A program made the translations under genes and the position numbers. A stretch of 64,000 nt of DNA from an uncultured virus (IMG/VR IMGVR_UViG_3300008111_000060) (lineage: Duplodnaviria; Heunggongvirae; Uroviricota; Caudoviricetes). The stretch is taken from the IMG/VR virus record IMGVR_UViG_3300008111_000060, one strand, 5' to 3'. Positions 1-8,115 of this stretch are shown here, one piece after another. Each line of letters opens with the position of its first letter. The first letter of the stretch is position 1. The notes below the pieces were generated by a model, which did no database searches, was not told the origin of the DNA, and worked only from the letters and a program-made list of their open reading frames with translations.

Positions 1-89
1 ATTTCTTCGGGTGTTGCGTCAAGCACATTGTAGATGTACTGGATTTGGCCTGCTTTTGTCTTTGTTTCGTTTCTGAATGTTGCTTTCAT
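1..89 (-). CDS. Small early-region hypothetical protein, partial (MKATFRNETKTKAGQIQYIYNVLDATPEE...)
   Basis: Manually translated; ATG at 89 lies 39 nt downstream of the cassette motif; the frame is open to the window edge. Confidence 0.75.
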   Translation of the reverse strand, partial: MKATFRNETKTKAGQIQYIYNVLDATPEE

Positions 90-101
90 AATAAATAAAA
101 A

Positions 102-138
102 TTAATTGGTTAATATTGTTAAAAAAAGGGGTTATTAA
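102..138 (-). promoter_or_regulatory. Early cassette motif copy 1 (ATAACCCCTTTTT...TAACCAATTAA)
   Basis: Plus strand reads ttaattggtt...aaaaaaaggggttatt; one of six copies. Confidence 0.75.
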
Positions 139-155
139 ATAATTGAAAAAATAAT

Positions 156-191
156 AAAAAGAAAACAAGGTGTGATTAGCACCTTGTTTTC
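156..191 (-). terminator. Intrinsic terminator with CTAATCA loop
   Basis: 12-bp perfect stem gaaaacaaggtg/caccttgttttc followed by a T-run on the minus strand. Confidence 0.8.
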
Positions 192-198
192 AACACGA

Positions 199-351
199 TT
201 ATCTCTTCGCCCAAGTAGGGCAATCATCTACTCTAAAACTCGCTGTGTGTGTTGCGGTTGCACAAGAGGATGATAGTAAAGCCACTGCTGTCATTAAAGC
301 AAAGTATGCTATTACAAATAAGATTTCTTTTCTCGCTTTGATTGCTTTCAT
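199..351 (-). CDS. Small predicted lipoprotein, 50 aa (MKAIKARKEILFVIAYFALMTAVALLSSSCATATHTASFRVDDCPTWAKR)
   Basis: Not in the ORF track; basic N-terminus, hydrophobic core and lipobox-like LSSSC; ATGA overlap with the stop of the upstream gene; terminator follows. Confidence 0.75.
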   Translation of the reverse strand: MKAIKARKEILFVIAYFALMTAVALLSSSCATATHTASFRVDDCPTWAKR

Positions 352-548
352 AGTGTAATATTAATTTTGTTAAACAATTCTCTATATAATAGGTCTCTTG
401 TAGCATGTAAATCCATACAACTTGAATCATAGAATTCATCAAACTCTTTGGTTATCAAGTGCCTATCATATAATCTTTTTACTAGGTCGTCTATATCTTT
501 GATATAGGCAACCTTGATTTCTTTCTCCGGTGTTAGTGTTGTTGTCAT
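348..548 (-). CDS. Hypothetical protein (start revised to MTTTLTPEKE)
   Basis: ORF track 348..572; the upstream ATG falls inside a terminator hairpin, so 548 is preferred. Confidence 0.7.
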   Translation of the reverse strand: MTTTLTPEKEIKVAYIKDIDDLVKRLYDRHLITKEFDEFYDSSCMDLHATRDLLYRELFNKINITL

Positions 549-560
549 TGTTAAGATTTT

Positions 561-585
561 AAAAGGGAGCATTGCTGCCCCCCTT
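561..585 (-). terminator. Intrinsic terminator, GCAA tetraloop
   Basis: Minus strand GGGGCA-GCAA-TGCTCC-CTTTT. Confidence 0.7.
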
Positions 586-594
586 AGTTAATAA

Positions 595-969
595 TTAGAA
601 TTGCAGATAATGATAACCTGTAAGATCTATATGATTCTTCTTAGTTCCATGAGTAATCATATTATCTGCTTGCTTGCGAAGTTCATTAGCATATGCATAT
701 CTTCTAGCATTTTCAAAGGTTTGCCAAATACTATTATCATAGGTTTCAATGATTGCTAAATAAATCATTCTTGTTCCCTGTGTAGTAGTTTTGCCCTCAG
801 CAATAGAAATCTTTTTCAAGTCATCATTAGATAGCCCGTTTAAGATGTCTAATGCAACGCTGTAAGGATAGCGGCATTTTAAGGTTCTTTGATTACCGAT
901 GCTACCGTGGCTGCCAAAAGCAATTGCTTTTAAATTTTTCGCTGTTGTGTTGCACAAAATTGTTTCCAT
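595..969 (-). CDS. Hypothetical early protein, 124 aa
   Basis: ORF preceded by the cassette motif at 36 nt and followed by a terminator. Confidence 0.8.
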   Translation of the reverse strand: METILCNTTAKNLKAIAFGSHGSIGNQRTLKCRYPYSVALDILNGLSNDDLKKISIAEGKTTTQGTRMIYLAIIETYDNSIWQTFENARRYAYANELRKQADNMITHGTKKNHIDLTGYHYLQF

Positions 970-981
970 AGTTATTTGTTT

Positions 982-1015
982 TTAATTGGTTATAGTAAAA
1001 AAAAGGGGTTATTAA
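982..1015 (-). promoter_or_regulatory. Early cassette motif copy 2
   Basis: ttaattggttatagtaaaaaaaaggggttattaa. Confidence 0.75.
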
Positions 1016-1031
1016 TTGTTTTAAATAAGTT

Positions 1032-1057
1032 AAAAAGGGAAGATTGCTCTTCCCCTT
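1032..1057 (-). terminator. Intrinsic terminator, GCAA tetraloop
   Basis: Minus strand GGGAAGA-GCAA-TCTTCCC-TTTTT. Confidence 0.8.
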
Positions 1058-1067
1058 AATTAAGCAT

Positions 1068-1487
1068 TTACACATCTGCATCAGGTCTTCTATTCCAAGA
1101 TTCAAGAGATTCATAATCTTCATATCTTTTCATAGTAGATAGTTTTACATTGAATGCTTTGCAGTTGGAACTATACTTAACCTCAAAGTCCTTATAATTA
1201 TCTTCATTGATAAGGTCTGTGTCAGTATCTTTGCTAACATAAATGTGCTTAGAAGCATTATCATTATAGTAATATATAACACGGTCACTCCATTTATTAT
1301 AACTAACAAAGAATAAAAGTTTATCAGTATCTGTTTTAACTTGACTAATGGTAGGTTCCGTGTAAATACCTAATAATGTTTCTATTGCTACAGTAGGATC
1401 TGCTGTTGCATTTGCAACCTCTATAAGTGAAGAGATTGTTTCTTGTGGGAATTTTGTTGCCAAAGCAATTTCATTGATTGTTTTCAT
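1068..1487 (-). CDS. Hypothetical early protein, 139 aa
   Basis: ORF with the cassette motif 35 nt upstream and a terminator downstream. Confidence 0.8.
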   Translation of the reverse strand: MKTINEIALATKFPQETISSLIEVANATADPTVAIETLLGIYTEPTISQVKTDTDKLLFFVSYNKWSDRVIYYYNDNASKHIYVSKDTDTDLINEDNYKDFEVKYSSNCKAFNVKLSTMKRYEDYESLESWNRRPDADV

Positions 1488-1498
1488 GGTTTATTAAT

Positions 1499-1532
1499 TT
1501 AATTGGTTATTGTATAAAAAAGGGGTTATTAA
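1499..1532 (-). promoter_or_regulatory. Early cassette motif copy 3
   Basis: ttaattggttattgtataaaaaaggggttattaa. Confidence 0.75.
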
Positions 1533-1566
1533 TATAATAAATAATAAATAAAAAAATAGGAAATGG

Positions 1567-1803
1567 TTATTCACCATTCCCTAAGTTGTTTTCTGCTTGA
1601 TTGACTTGATATTCAATATACTCTTGCAGATGGTATGCTAGATTGCGTAGTGCTGTGTCTGCACCATATCCAACCTTTTCACATTTGAATATCCATTGAG
1701 AATCTCTTAATTCCCATGGTCTTGTTTCATTTATCATTGCTCTGATATCAGATCTTTGATTCTCAATCATCTCAATGATTGCTAGTACTGTTGCTGTGTC
1801 CAT
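1567..1803 (-). CDS. Hypothetical early protein (start revised to MDTATVLAII)
   Basis: The cassette motif lies inside the longer track ORF, 35 nt before the ATG at 1803. Confidence 0.8.
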   Translation of the reverse strand: MDTATVLAIIEMIENQRSDIRAMINETRPWELRDSQWIFKCEKVGYGADTALRNLAYHLQEYIEYQVNQAENNLGNGE

Positions 1804-1814
1804 GTTGTTGATTT

Positions 1815-1844
1815 TTAATTGATTATTAATAATAAAAGGGGTTT
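1815..1844 (-). promoter_or_regulatory. Early cassette motif copy 4 (slightly degenerate)
   Basis: ttaattgattattaataataaaaggggttt. Confidence 0.65.
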
Positions 1845-1871
1845 GTGGTTGATGATAGTAAAAAAACAAAT

Positions 1872-1906
1872 AAGAAACAACCAACGGTGATTAGCCGTTG
1901 ATTGTT
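1872..1906 (-). terminator. Terminator-like hairpin with CTAATCA loop
   Basis: aacaaccaacgg-tgattag-ccgttgattgtt; same loop as 156-191. Confidence 0.7.
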
Positions 1907-1918
1907 AATTAGTTATGC

Positions 1919-2155
1919 TTAAAAGTTTCTCTCCTTTCTACATTGCTCTTCATAATACTCATGTGCTATTATAGCACCAATCCACCAACCGATGAAGAGA
2001 TTGTATATAACAAACCAAGCAATATTACCTACTACTTCCGAATAGGTATAATGCTGCAAATTTGGTTTATAAAATAAACACCCTATTGCAGAGAATACTA
2101 AATAAGATATTAGATACGCTGCAAAAAACACGATAAAAGATTTAGTTAATTTCAT
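1919..2155 (-). CDS. Small membrane protein, two predicted TM segments
   Basis: Two hydrophobic stretches (FIVFFAAYLISYLVFSAIG; IAWFVIYNLFIGWWIGAII). Confidence 0.75.
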   Translation of the reverse strand: MKLTKSFIVFFAAYLISYLVFSAIGCLFYKPNLQHYTYSEVVGNIAWFVIYNLFIGWWIGAIIAHEYYEEQCRKERNF

Positions 2156-2156
2156 A

Positions 2157-2279
2157 CTACTTTTTTTTAATTATTTGTTTATAAATATAAAGTGGAACAG
2201 TGTTCTGATAACCTGTGTTATCTTCATACACAACCATTTGTGTTCCGTCAAATGCTGTGTATCTTCTGATAATCTTCAT
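2157..2279 (-). CDS. Small hypothetical protein, 40 aa (MKIIRRYTAFDGTQMVVYEDNTG...)
   Basis: Manually translated; its stop lies 1 nt before the next ATG. Confidence 0.6.
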   Translation of the reverse strand: MKIIRRYTAFDGTQMVVYEDNTGYQNTVPLYIYKQIIKKK

Positions 2280-2290
2280 GATAAAAAATT

Positions 2291-2316
2291 AAAAAGGGAA
2301 CCCCGAAGAGTTCCCT
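2291..2316 (-). terminator. Intrinsic terminator, UUCG tetraloop
   Basis: Minus strand GGGAACTC-TTCG-GGGTTCCC-TTTT. Confidence 0.8.
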
Positions 2317-2329
2317 AATTTATTATCTG

Positions 2330-2509
2330 TTAATCAGGTAACTGATCAAGACACTCAACTGTCCCGTTACTGTTAACACGAAGATTTAACTTACCTGTGT
2401 ATACAAGTTTTTCCTTAACTTGTTTAACAGGTGCTGTTTGCTTTGGTTGAACATTATCAATGTGCTCAATCACGGGCATTTGCAAGAAGCCCAAACCTTT
2501 TCTTTTCAT
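2330..2509 (-). CDS. Small hypothetical protein, 59 aa (MKRKGLGFLQMPVIEH...)
   Basis: Manually translated; cassette motif 36 nt upstream, terminator downstream. Confidence 0.75.
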   Translation of the reverse strand: MKRKGLGFLQMPVIEHIDNVQPKQTAPVKQVKEKLVYTGKLNLRVNSNGTVECLDQLPD

Positions 2510-2520
2510 AGTTATTATTA

Positions 2521-2553
2521 TTAATTGGTTAGTAAAGAAAAAAAGGGGTTAAT
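2521..2553 (-). promoter_or_regulatory. Early cassette motif copy 5
   Basis: ttaattggttagtaaagaaaaaaaggggttaat. Confidence 0.75.
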
Positions 2554-2574
2554 CAATTGATAAAAAACTGTATT

Positions 2575-2935
2575 AACCTGCCCTACACACAAGGTGCAGG
2601 GTCTCGGCTCAGGTCTTTTCAACAGTTGCGACCTGAATTGTTTACACAGTTGTAAGAAAGGTTTAACAAACCTATAAAGTACTATGGAGCATATGCTTTA
2701 TCCATATTATTCTTAACATTACAACTGACTTTAATTAATCTTAGAGCTTGTAACCAAGTTCACAGCCTCTTCATCTGAATCATTTGTTCATCAGATATAT
2801 CTGTCTTAATTGTACTCCTTTCATCCCTCTAAGATTATTGTGTTGTCTTGTTCCTAACAACCGTGAGCCAAGCTTATGGCAAGGGTAAAGCATTTGGTAT
2901 CTTCACGCACCGAAGGTTCAATTAGACCTACAATT
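2575..2935 (-). ncRNA. Candidate large structured non-coding RNA
   Basis: No convincing ORF; nested inverted repeats (2647-2655/2719-2727; 2736-2746/2827-2837) plus several local hairpins; lies downstream of motif copy 6. Confidence 0.45.
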
Positions 2936-2965
2936 AGTTATTATATCGCGATTATAACAACAGAT

Positions 2966-2980
2966 AAAAAAAGGGGTTAT
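2966..2980 (-). promoter_or_regulatory. Early cassette motif copy 6
   Basis: aaaaaaaggggttat, with a TAACTAATT variant at about 2932-2940 and no ATG at the usual distance. Confidence 0.65.
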
Positions 2981-3144
2981 CTTGTTTTCCAACATACACA
3001 TACATACTATATTATATATAAACATACTTCGTTGCTTGTTCTACTTGTAGAACACAAGCAACACATAGACAACACGTGACGAAGTCACACCAAGACACAT
3101 CGACCCATCACATTTCTCCATCATAAGAATTCTTTTTATTTTAT

Positions 3145-3275
3145 TCCCGCAAATCGGAACCAAGCCACCACGAAGACGGGGGTAGGGCCCCCCGGTGAAG
3201 TGTGGCGGGGGCCGAATATAGACGCCCCATCACACTCTCTAGTTCACAAAAATTTCCAGGAAAAATTTTTTTTTT
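3145..3275. other. GC-rich island at the strand switch; candidate packaging or terminus signal
   Basis: G/C runs, a ggccccc/gggggcc inverted repeat and adjacent A/T tracts in an AT-rich genome. Confidence 0.45.
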
Positions 3276-3351
3276 AAACCGCTATGGGATAGGTATTATA
3301 ATTTATTACTTTTATACCCGTGTTATTTATATTTATCTTATTATATATACT

Positions 3352-4230
3352 ATGGTACTTAAACTAGGATCTAAAGGAAAAGAAGTAGAGCTTCTTCAAC
3401 AGTATTTAAAGATTACAGTGGATGGAGACTTCGGGCCCAACACTGAGAAAGCTGTAAAACAATTTCAAAAAGATAGAGGTCTTAATGAAGATGGTATAGT
3501 AGGTTCTAAGACTTGGAGTATTCTTGGTCTTGCTTCTACGGACCAGGAAGAGAAAGCTTCTGACCCAGACTTTGATTTGGATATCAAACCTTACTACCTG
3601 CCTGCTGGTGAATCAGTTGCTGGCAATACTAAAAAGCACTGGATATTCCTGCACCATACTGCTGGATGGCATAACCCATATCAAGTGGTTGATGCTTGGG
3701 CAAGAGATGACCGGGGAACAATTGCTACTGAGTTTGTACTAGGGGGACAATCTGTAAAAGGAGATGATAACAAACACGATGGTGTTATAGTTCAAGCTTT
3801 TCCTAAAGGTAATTATGCTTGGCACCTAGGTACCGGTAATAATGTAATGCACAGATGTAGCACAGGAATAGAAGTGTGCAACTTTGGTGCGATTACCAAT
3901 GGTAAAACTTATGTAAATGTTCAGGCTCATAAAAGTCAAATTACAAAATTGACTAAGCCTTTTAGAGGACACCAGTTTTGGCACGCGTATTCAGATAAAC
4001 AAATAGAGGCTCTGAAGAAACTAATTCTCTACCTGGCTAATCGAGATCTTGTAGATGTTCACAAGGGTCTTGTACCACTTATTAAAAGTAAGGGTGCAGA
4101 TGCCTTTGATCTTTATGACCCAACCCTGGTAGAAAATACTAGAGGATTATGGTCTCACACAAATGTAAGAAAAGACAAGGTGGATATGTTTCCTCAACAA
4201 GAATTGTTGGATATGCTCTTGTCTTTGTAA
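3352..4230 (+). CDS. Endolysin: N-terminal peptidoglycan-binding domain plus N-acetylmuramoyl-L-alanine amidase (Amidase_2 type)
   Basis: LKLGSKGKEVELLQ...VDGDFGPNTEKAVKQFQ...DGIVGSKTW binding domain; IFLHHTAG, AWHLG, GIEVCN and SH...KVD amidase motifs; start revised from 3202. Confidence 0.9.
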   Translation: MVLKLGSKGKEVELLQQYLKITVDGDFGPNTEKAVKQFQKDRGLNEDGIVGSKTWSILGLASTDQEEKASDPDFDLDIKPYYLPAGESVAGNTKKHWIFLHHTAGWHNPYQVVDAWARDDRGTIATEFVLGGQSVKGDDNKHDGVIVQAFPKGNYAWHLGTGNNVMHRCSTGIEVCNFGAITNGKTYVNVQAHKSQITKLTKPFRGHQFWHAYSDKQIEALKKLILYLANRDLVDVHKGLVPLIKSKGADAFDLYDPTLVENTRGLWSHTNVRKDKVDMFPQQELLDMLLSL

Positions 4231-4283
4231 TTTTATTATTGTATATTTAGGAACTATTTATAACTTACCCAAAAACTAAAAAC

Positions 4284-4679
4284 ATGAAAGAGTTTAACTT
4301 ACCAAAAATTTTTAACTGGCAAAAAGCTAGTGAGAAGATTGTAAAAAAATATGTAGCACAATTATCACAGTCTGGAACTGCTGCTCCTGTTGCTACTGAA
4401 TTGTATAATGATACTGGTGTAGCATTTACTTTTCTATATGGAGATCCAGGTGAATATGCTATAGTAGCTAGTAAAGATATTTTTATGGGAGATGGAAAAA
4501 CTCAAATTGAGTTTACTAATCCAGTGGTTACACCAGATATTTTTACAGCAGCTATACCATTTCCTATTACTAATGATATGGCTTTGCTTTATAGTATCGA
4601 TAATGGTTCTGGAGCTAATAATATATTAGGAAATCCTTTTTACCCTCAGACTACTATAGTAATCACAATGTATAACTAA
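4284..4679 (+). CDS. Hypothetical protein, probably virion accessory
   Basis: Clean ORF after a TGTATATTT motif; KYVAQLSQSGTAAP resembles phage fibre terminal domains. Confidence 0.65.
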   Translation: MKEFNLPKIFNWQKASEKIVKKYVAQLSQSGTAAPVATELYNDTGVAFTFLYGDPGEYAIVASKDIFMGDGKTQIEFTNPVVTPDIFTAAIPFPITNDMALLYSIDNGSGANNILGNPFYPQTTIVITMYN

Positions 4680-4694
4680 TTAAAAATTATAATC

Positions 4695-4877
4695 ATGGCA
4701 ACACAAAATGCAATTATCAAACATATAGAAAGCAAGATTAAAAATCCTGCTAAATTAAAAGAAGCTAATAATGCTTTAGCTAAGATTAGATCTAACTACG
4801 GTATTCAATCAGGTGCTATAAAAGAGGAAGAAGCAGCAACAGGAAAAGATACTGCTGCTATTGAAGGAAGAGTTTAA
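4695..4877 (+). CDS. Hypothetical protein, 60 aa
   Basis: ORF tightly packed in the operon. Confidence 0.65.
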   Translation: MATQNAIIKHIESKIKNPAKLKEANNALAKIRSNYGIQSGAIKEEEAATGKDTAAIEGRV

Positions 4878-4888
4878 TAAAATAAATC

Positions 4889-5918
4889 ATGGACCCATAC
4901 CTAATACAAAGTCTAATAGTTCAAGGTAAGTTAGTATCTCCTTTAGAGATAGATACTAACTCTGCCTATCTACCAGTAGGTGTATACCAACCGGGTAATA
5001 GGAAGTTAGCATCAGGCAATGATGCATATCCTTTGTATGCTATTCCTTTAAACAGTATTTTGAGTCAAGAAATTGTATGGGGTAATATTACAGGAAATAT
5101 TAATGATCAATTAGATTTAAAATTAATATTAGATTCTAAATATGATGCAACTAATCCTAGCGGTTTTATTACAAGTGGAGAAGCTGCTTTTACATATCAA
5201 CCTATACTAGGTTATATACCAGAAGATTCAGCTAATAAAAATCCTGATACAACATTAAGTGCAAATTCTGATGATTTTTATCCAACACAAAAAGCGGTTA
5301 AAACTTATGCTGATGGATTAATTGTTGGTTTATTAGATGATCGCGGTAATTGGGATGCATCTACTACCTTATGGCCTACTACCGGAGGATCGGGTCCTGG
5401 TGGTATAATACTTAAAGGTTATCTTTGGTATGTATCAGTAGGTGGTACTTTAGGCGGTACACCAGTTGTTGTTGGTAATAGTTTTAGAGCTTTAGTAGAC
5501 AACCCTGTACTAAATAGTGATTGGAGCATATTAAATGTAGGTCTAGGATATATTCCTGAGAATATTGCAAACAAAGGAATACCAAATGGTTATGCTGCGT
5601 TAGATGCTCTTGGTAAAGTACCTACTACACAGTTACCAGCATTTACTAACAGGTACTATAACTAGATATACAATTTACCTTAGTGTTGGTACAGCTACTA
5701 ATGGTAATTATATTATAAGAAACTCTATTAATGGAGGTCCTTATTCTGTACTAGCAACAGGTCTTATAAATACACAAACAAATGGGACTATTAAAGTAGA
5801 TGTTCCTTGTAGTGTTCCTGTAGCAGCTTTTGATCAAATATATTTTTCTTTTCAATTAACAAGCTCTACAGTAACAAGTTCTGCTATGATGTTAACAATG
5901 GATTTATTAATACAATAA
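4889..5918 (+). CDS. Putative fibre/decoration protein, interrupted near 5640 (track ORFs 4889..5665 and 5604..5918)
   Basis: Fibre-type motifs WGNITGNINDQLDL, LGYIPE..ANK, YPTQKAVKTYAD and NGYAALDALGKVP; the second frame continues protein-like to 2 nt before the next ATG. Confidence 0.65.
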
Positions 5919-5919
5919 A

Positions 5920-7154
5920 ATGGATAATTATATATTACAAACACTTATCACTCAAGGTAGAATAGTAACTTCTGCAGAGATTGATCCAGATAACAGTTAC
6001 CTACAAATCGGTGTATACCAAAGAGGTAACAGAAAAAGTAAAGCAGCTAATGATGCTTATCCTTTATTTGCTATACCTCTTAGTGAAGTAGGTGGTCCTA
6101 TAGGATTATTAGGTACATCTTTATATTCTAAAACTCCAGCAGCGGGTTCTGATTTTAGTATTAACCATGGAATCTTTTTTGGATTAGAAGCTGGATTAAA
6201 TTCATCAACTGCAAACTATTCAATTTTTCTCGGTAAACAATCTGGAGCAAATGCAACTGATGCCTATGAATCTAATTTTATAGGGTTACAAGCTGGAGCT
6301 AATTTATCAAATTCATATCAATCTAATTTTATAGGAACATTAGCTGGTTATTCAGCATCATATTCTTCTGCTTCTAATTTTATAGGATCTTCTGCAGGAT
6401 TTAATGCAGATTTTTGTGCAAACAGTAATTTTATAGGAAACAATGCTGGATATGGTGCACTTGGATCAAGTGGTTCTAATTTTATAGGTGAGTATGCTGG
6501 TCGAAGTTGGCAGGAGCATACGCTAGCAGTTCTCACAAAAGTGTTTTTATAGGACCTTACGCAGGTAACTCTCATACTGGTGCTTTTGAAGCAGTATTTA
6601 TAGGAAATGGAGCAGGTGGAAGCGGTGGATTTTATGGTAACTCTTTTGGTTGTTTAAAATCTTTATTTGTAGGAGCACAATGTGGCGAAGGATCTAAAAC
6701 TGTAACAGATTCTTGTGCTATTGGTAGTGGTGCAATGAGGGGTGCTCAAAATAATAATGAGTGTGTCGGTATAAATGTAAATGCTCTAGGGGTATCTTCA
6801 GGAAATTACAGATACTATGCAATAGGAACCTCAGCAGGTTTTGTAAGTAGCAATAGTCAAAATATAATTGGTATTGGTACAAGTGCAACACAAGCATGTA
6901 ATAATTCCAATAATGTAATTGGTATAGGTTTTCAAGCTGCTTATAATAATGACAATGTAAACAATGTTATTGCTTTAGGTCAAAATGCTGGTTTAAATAA
7001 TACACTAAGCGGGCAAACCATTATAAGTAATTCAAGTTTACCAAGTTATGTAGATAGAGCTACTGCACAAGCTGCTATAGTAGGGGGTTCTGCAGGTAGT
7101 ACTTATTTATATTATAATTCTACAACTGGAGCAATTGAAGGAATAAGATTTTAA
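5920..7154 (+). CDS. Putative fibre/adhesin with 14-aa SNFIGxxAG beta-roll repeats, interrupted near 6505 (track ORFs 5920..6552 and 6507..7154)
   Basis: Tandem SNFIG..AG repeats continue as VFIG/IGIG..A in the second frame; N-terminus is paralogous to 4889. Confidence 0.7.
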
Positions 7155-7166
7155 AATTTATATATC

Positions 7167-7391
7167 ATGAAAATAACATTAGAAAAAGAAAAAGAAGTAG
7201 TTCTTGTAAAAGAAGTAAAAAGAACAATAACTGAAATTACAGTAACAGAACTTAAAGATTTCCCTGAACAAAAAAAAGTAGAAGCTCACACTAAAGAATT
7301 TGGTGTAGTAACTCTTTGGGAAGGTGAAGCTTATGATGCTATTGGTCAATGGACTGATACAGATGTAATCAATAAGTTAAAATCTTTATAA
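7167..7391 (+). CDS. Small fibre-associated protein (possible chaperone)
   Basis: Compact ORF immediately after a fibre gene. Confidence 0.65.
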   Translation: MKITLEKEKEVVLVKEVKRTITEITVTELKDFPEQKKVEAHTKEFGVVTLWEGEAYDAIGQWTDTDVINKLKSL

Positions 7392-7395
7392 ATAA

Positions 7396-8103
7396 GTGAA
7401 ACAATTTGTATATAATCCTATATCTGGAGAATTTGATTATATTAATAAATCTTATAATCAGATACAGGATGAATCTATTCTTTTACCAGAAAGACAAGTT
7501 ATTGACTTTCAAGGAGATGGAGTTACAGCTACTGATGATCCTCTAAATTCTAAAACTATAGTTACTATACCAGGACCACCTGCTACAGTAAATTATGGAT
7601 TATTTGCTCAAACTAGTGATTCAATACCTGTTACAAATACAATTGTAGAAGGATCTTTAATAAATGGTGGTGTAGGAACATTAACAATACCACCAAATAG
7701 TTTTAAAGTTGGTGATAGTTTTCAAGCTAATCTAAGTGGTCATATTAGTTCTAAAAATAATGATCAACTTGAAATAATAGTTAAAACATCTTCAGGTATT
7801 TTACTTGCAGATACTGGTGCTATTACTATGCCTCAATGTACTAGTCAACACTGGGACTTAAAAATTAATTTTACAATAAGAGCTTTGGGTGTTGCAGGTG
7901 TAGCATCTATAGCATCTACATTACTGTTTACTTTTACTAAAGATGCAAGTATATCTTTTGAGGGAGAGAATGTATCTATTGTAAATAATACAACATTTGA
8001 TACAACTATAAGTAATACTTTAGAAATAACAGCACAATGGGGCGCAGCTGACCCTTTAAACTCTATCTACACAGAACTATTTACATTACATAAAACATAT
8101 TAA
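7396..8103 (+). CDS. Putative virion decoration/fibre protein
   Basis: GTG start; beta-rich; N-terminal YNPISG motif shared with 8763. Confidence 0.7.
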   Translation: MKQFVYNPISGEFDYINKSYNQIQDESILLPERQVIDFQGDGVTATDDPLNSKTIVTIPGPPATVNYGLFAQTSDSIPVTNTIVEGSLINGGVGTLTIPPNSFKVGDSFQANLSGHISSKNNDQLEIIVKTSSGILLADTGAITMPQCTSQHWDLKINFTIRALGVAGVASIASTLLFTFTKDASISFEGENVSIVNNTTFDTTISNTLEITAQWGAADPLNSIYTELFTLHKTY

Positions 8104-8115
8104 TATTTATATAAA

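Noticed and set aside
2765..2800. Hammerhead ribozyme (CTGATGA on the minus strand)
   Set aside because: No stem II followed by GAAA, and no matching stems I/III were found
100..2980. CRISPR-like array from the repeated early motif
   Set aside because: Copies are degenerate, spaced hundreds of bases apart and separated by genes
233..3079. Track ORFs 233..442, 902..1123 and 2876..3079
   Set aside because: They overlap better-supported genes, terminators or cassette motifs in conflicting frames
3202..3351. N-terminal extension of the endolysin ORF given in the track
   Set aside because: It runs through the GC island and AT-rich promoter-like DNA; the peptidoglycan-binding domain begins at ATG 3352
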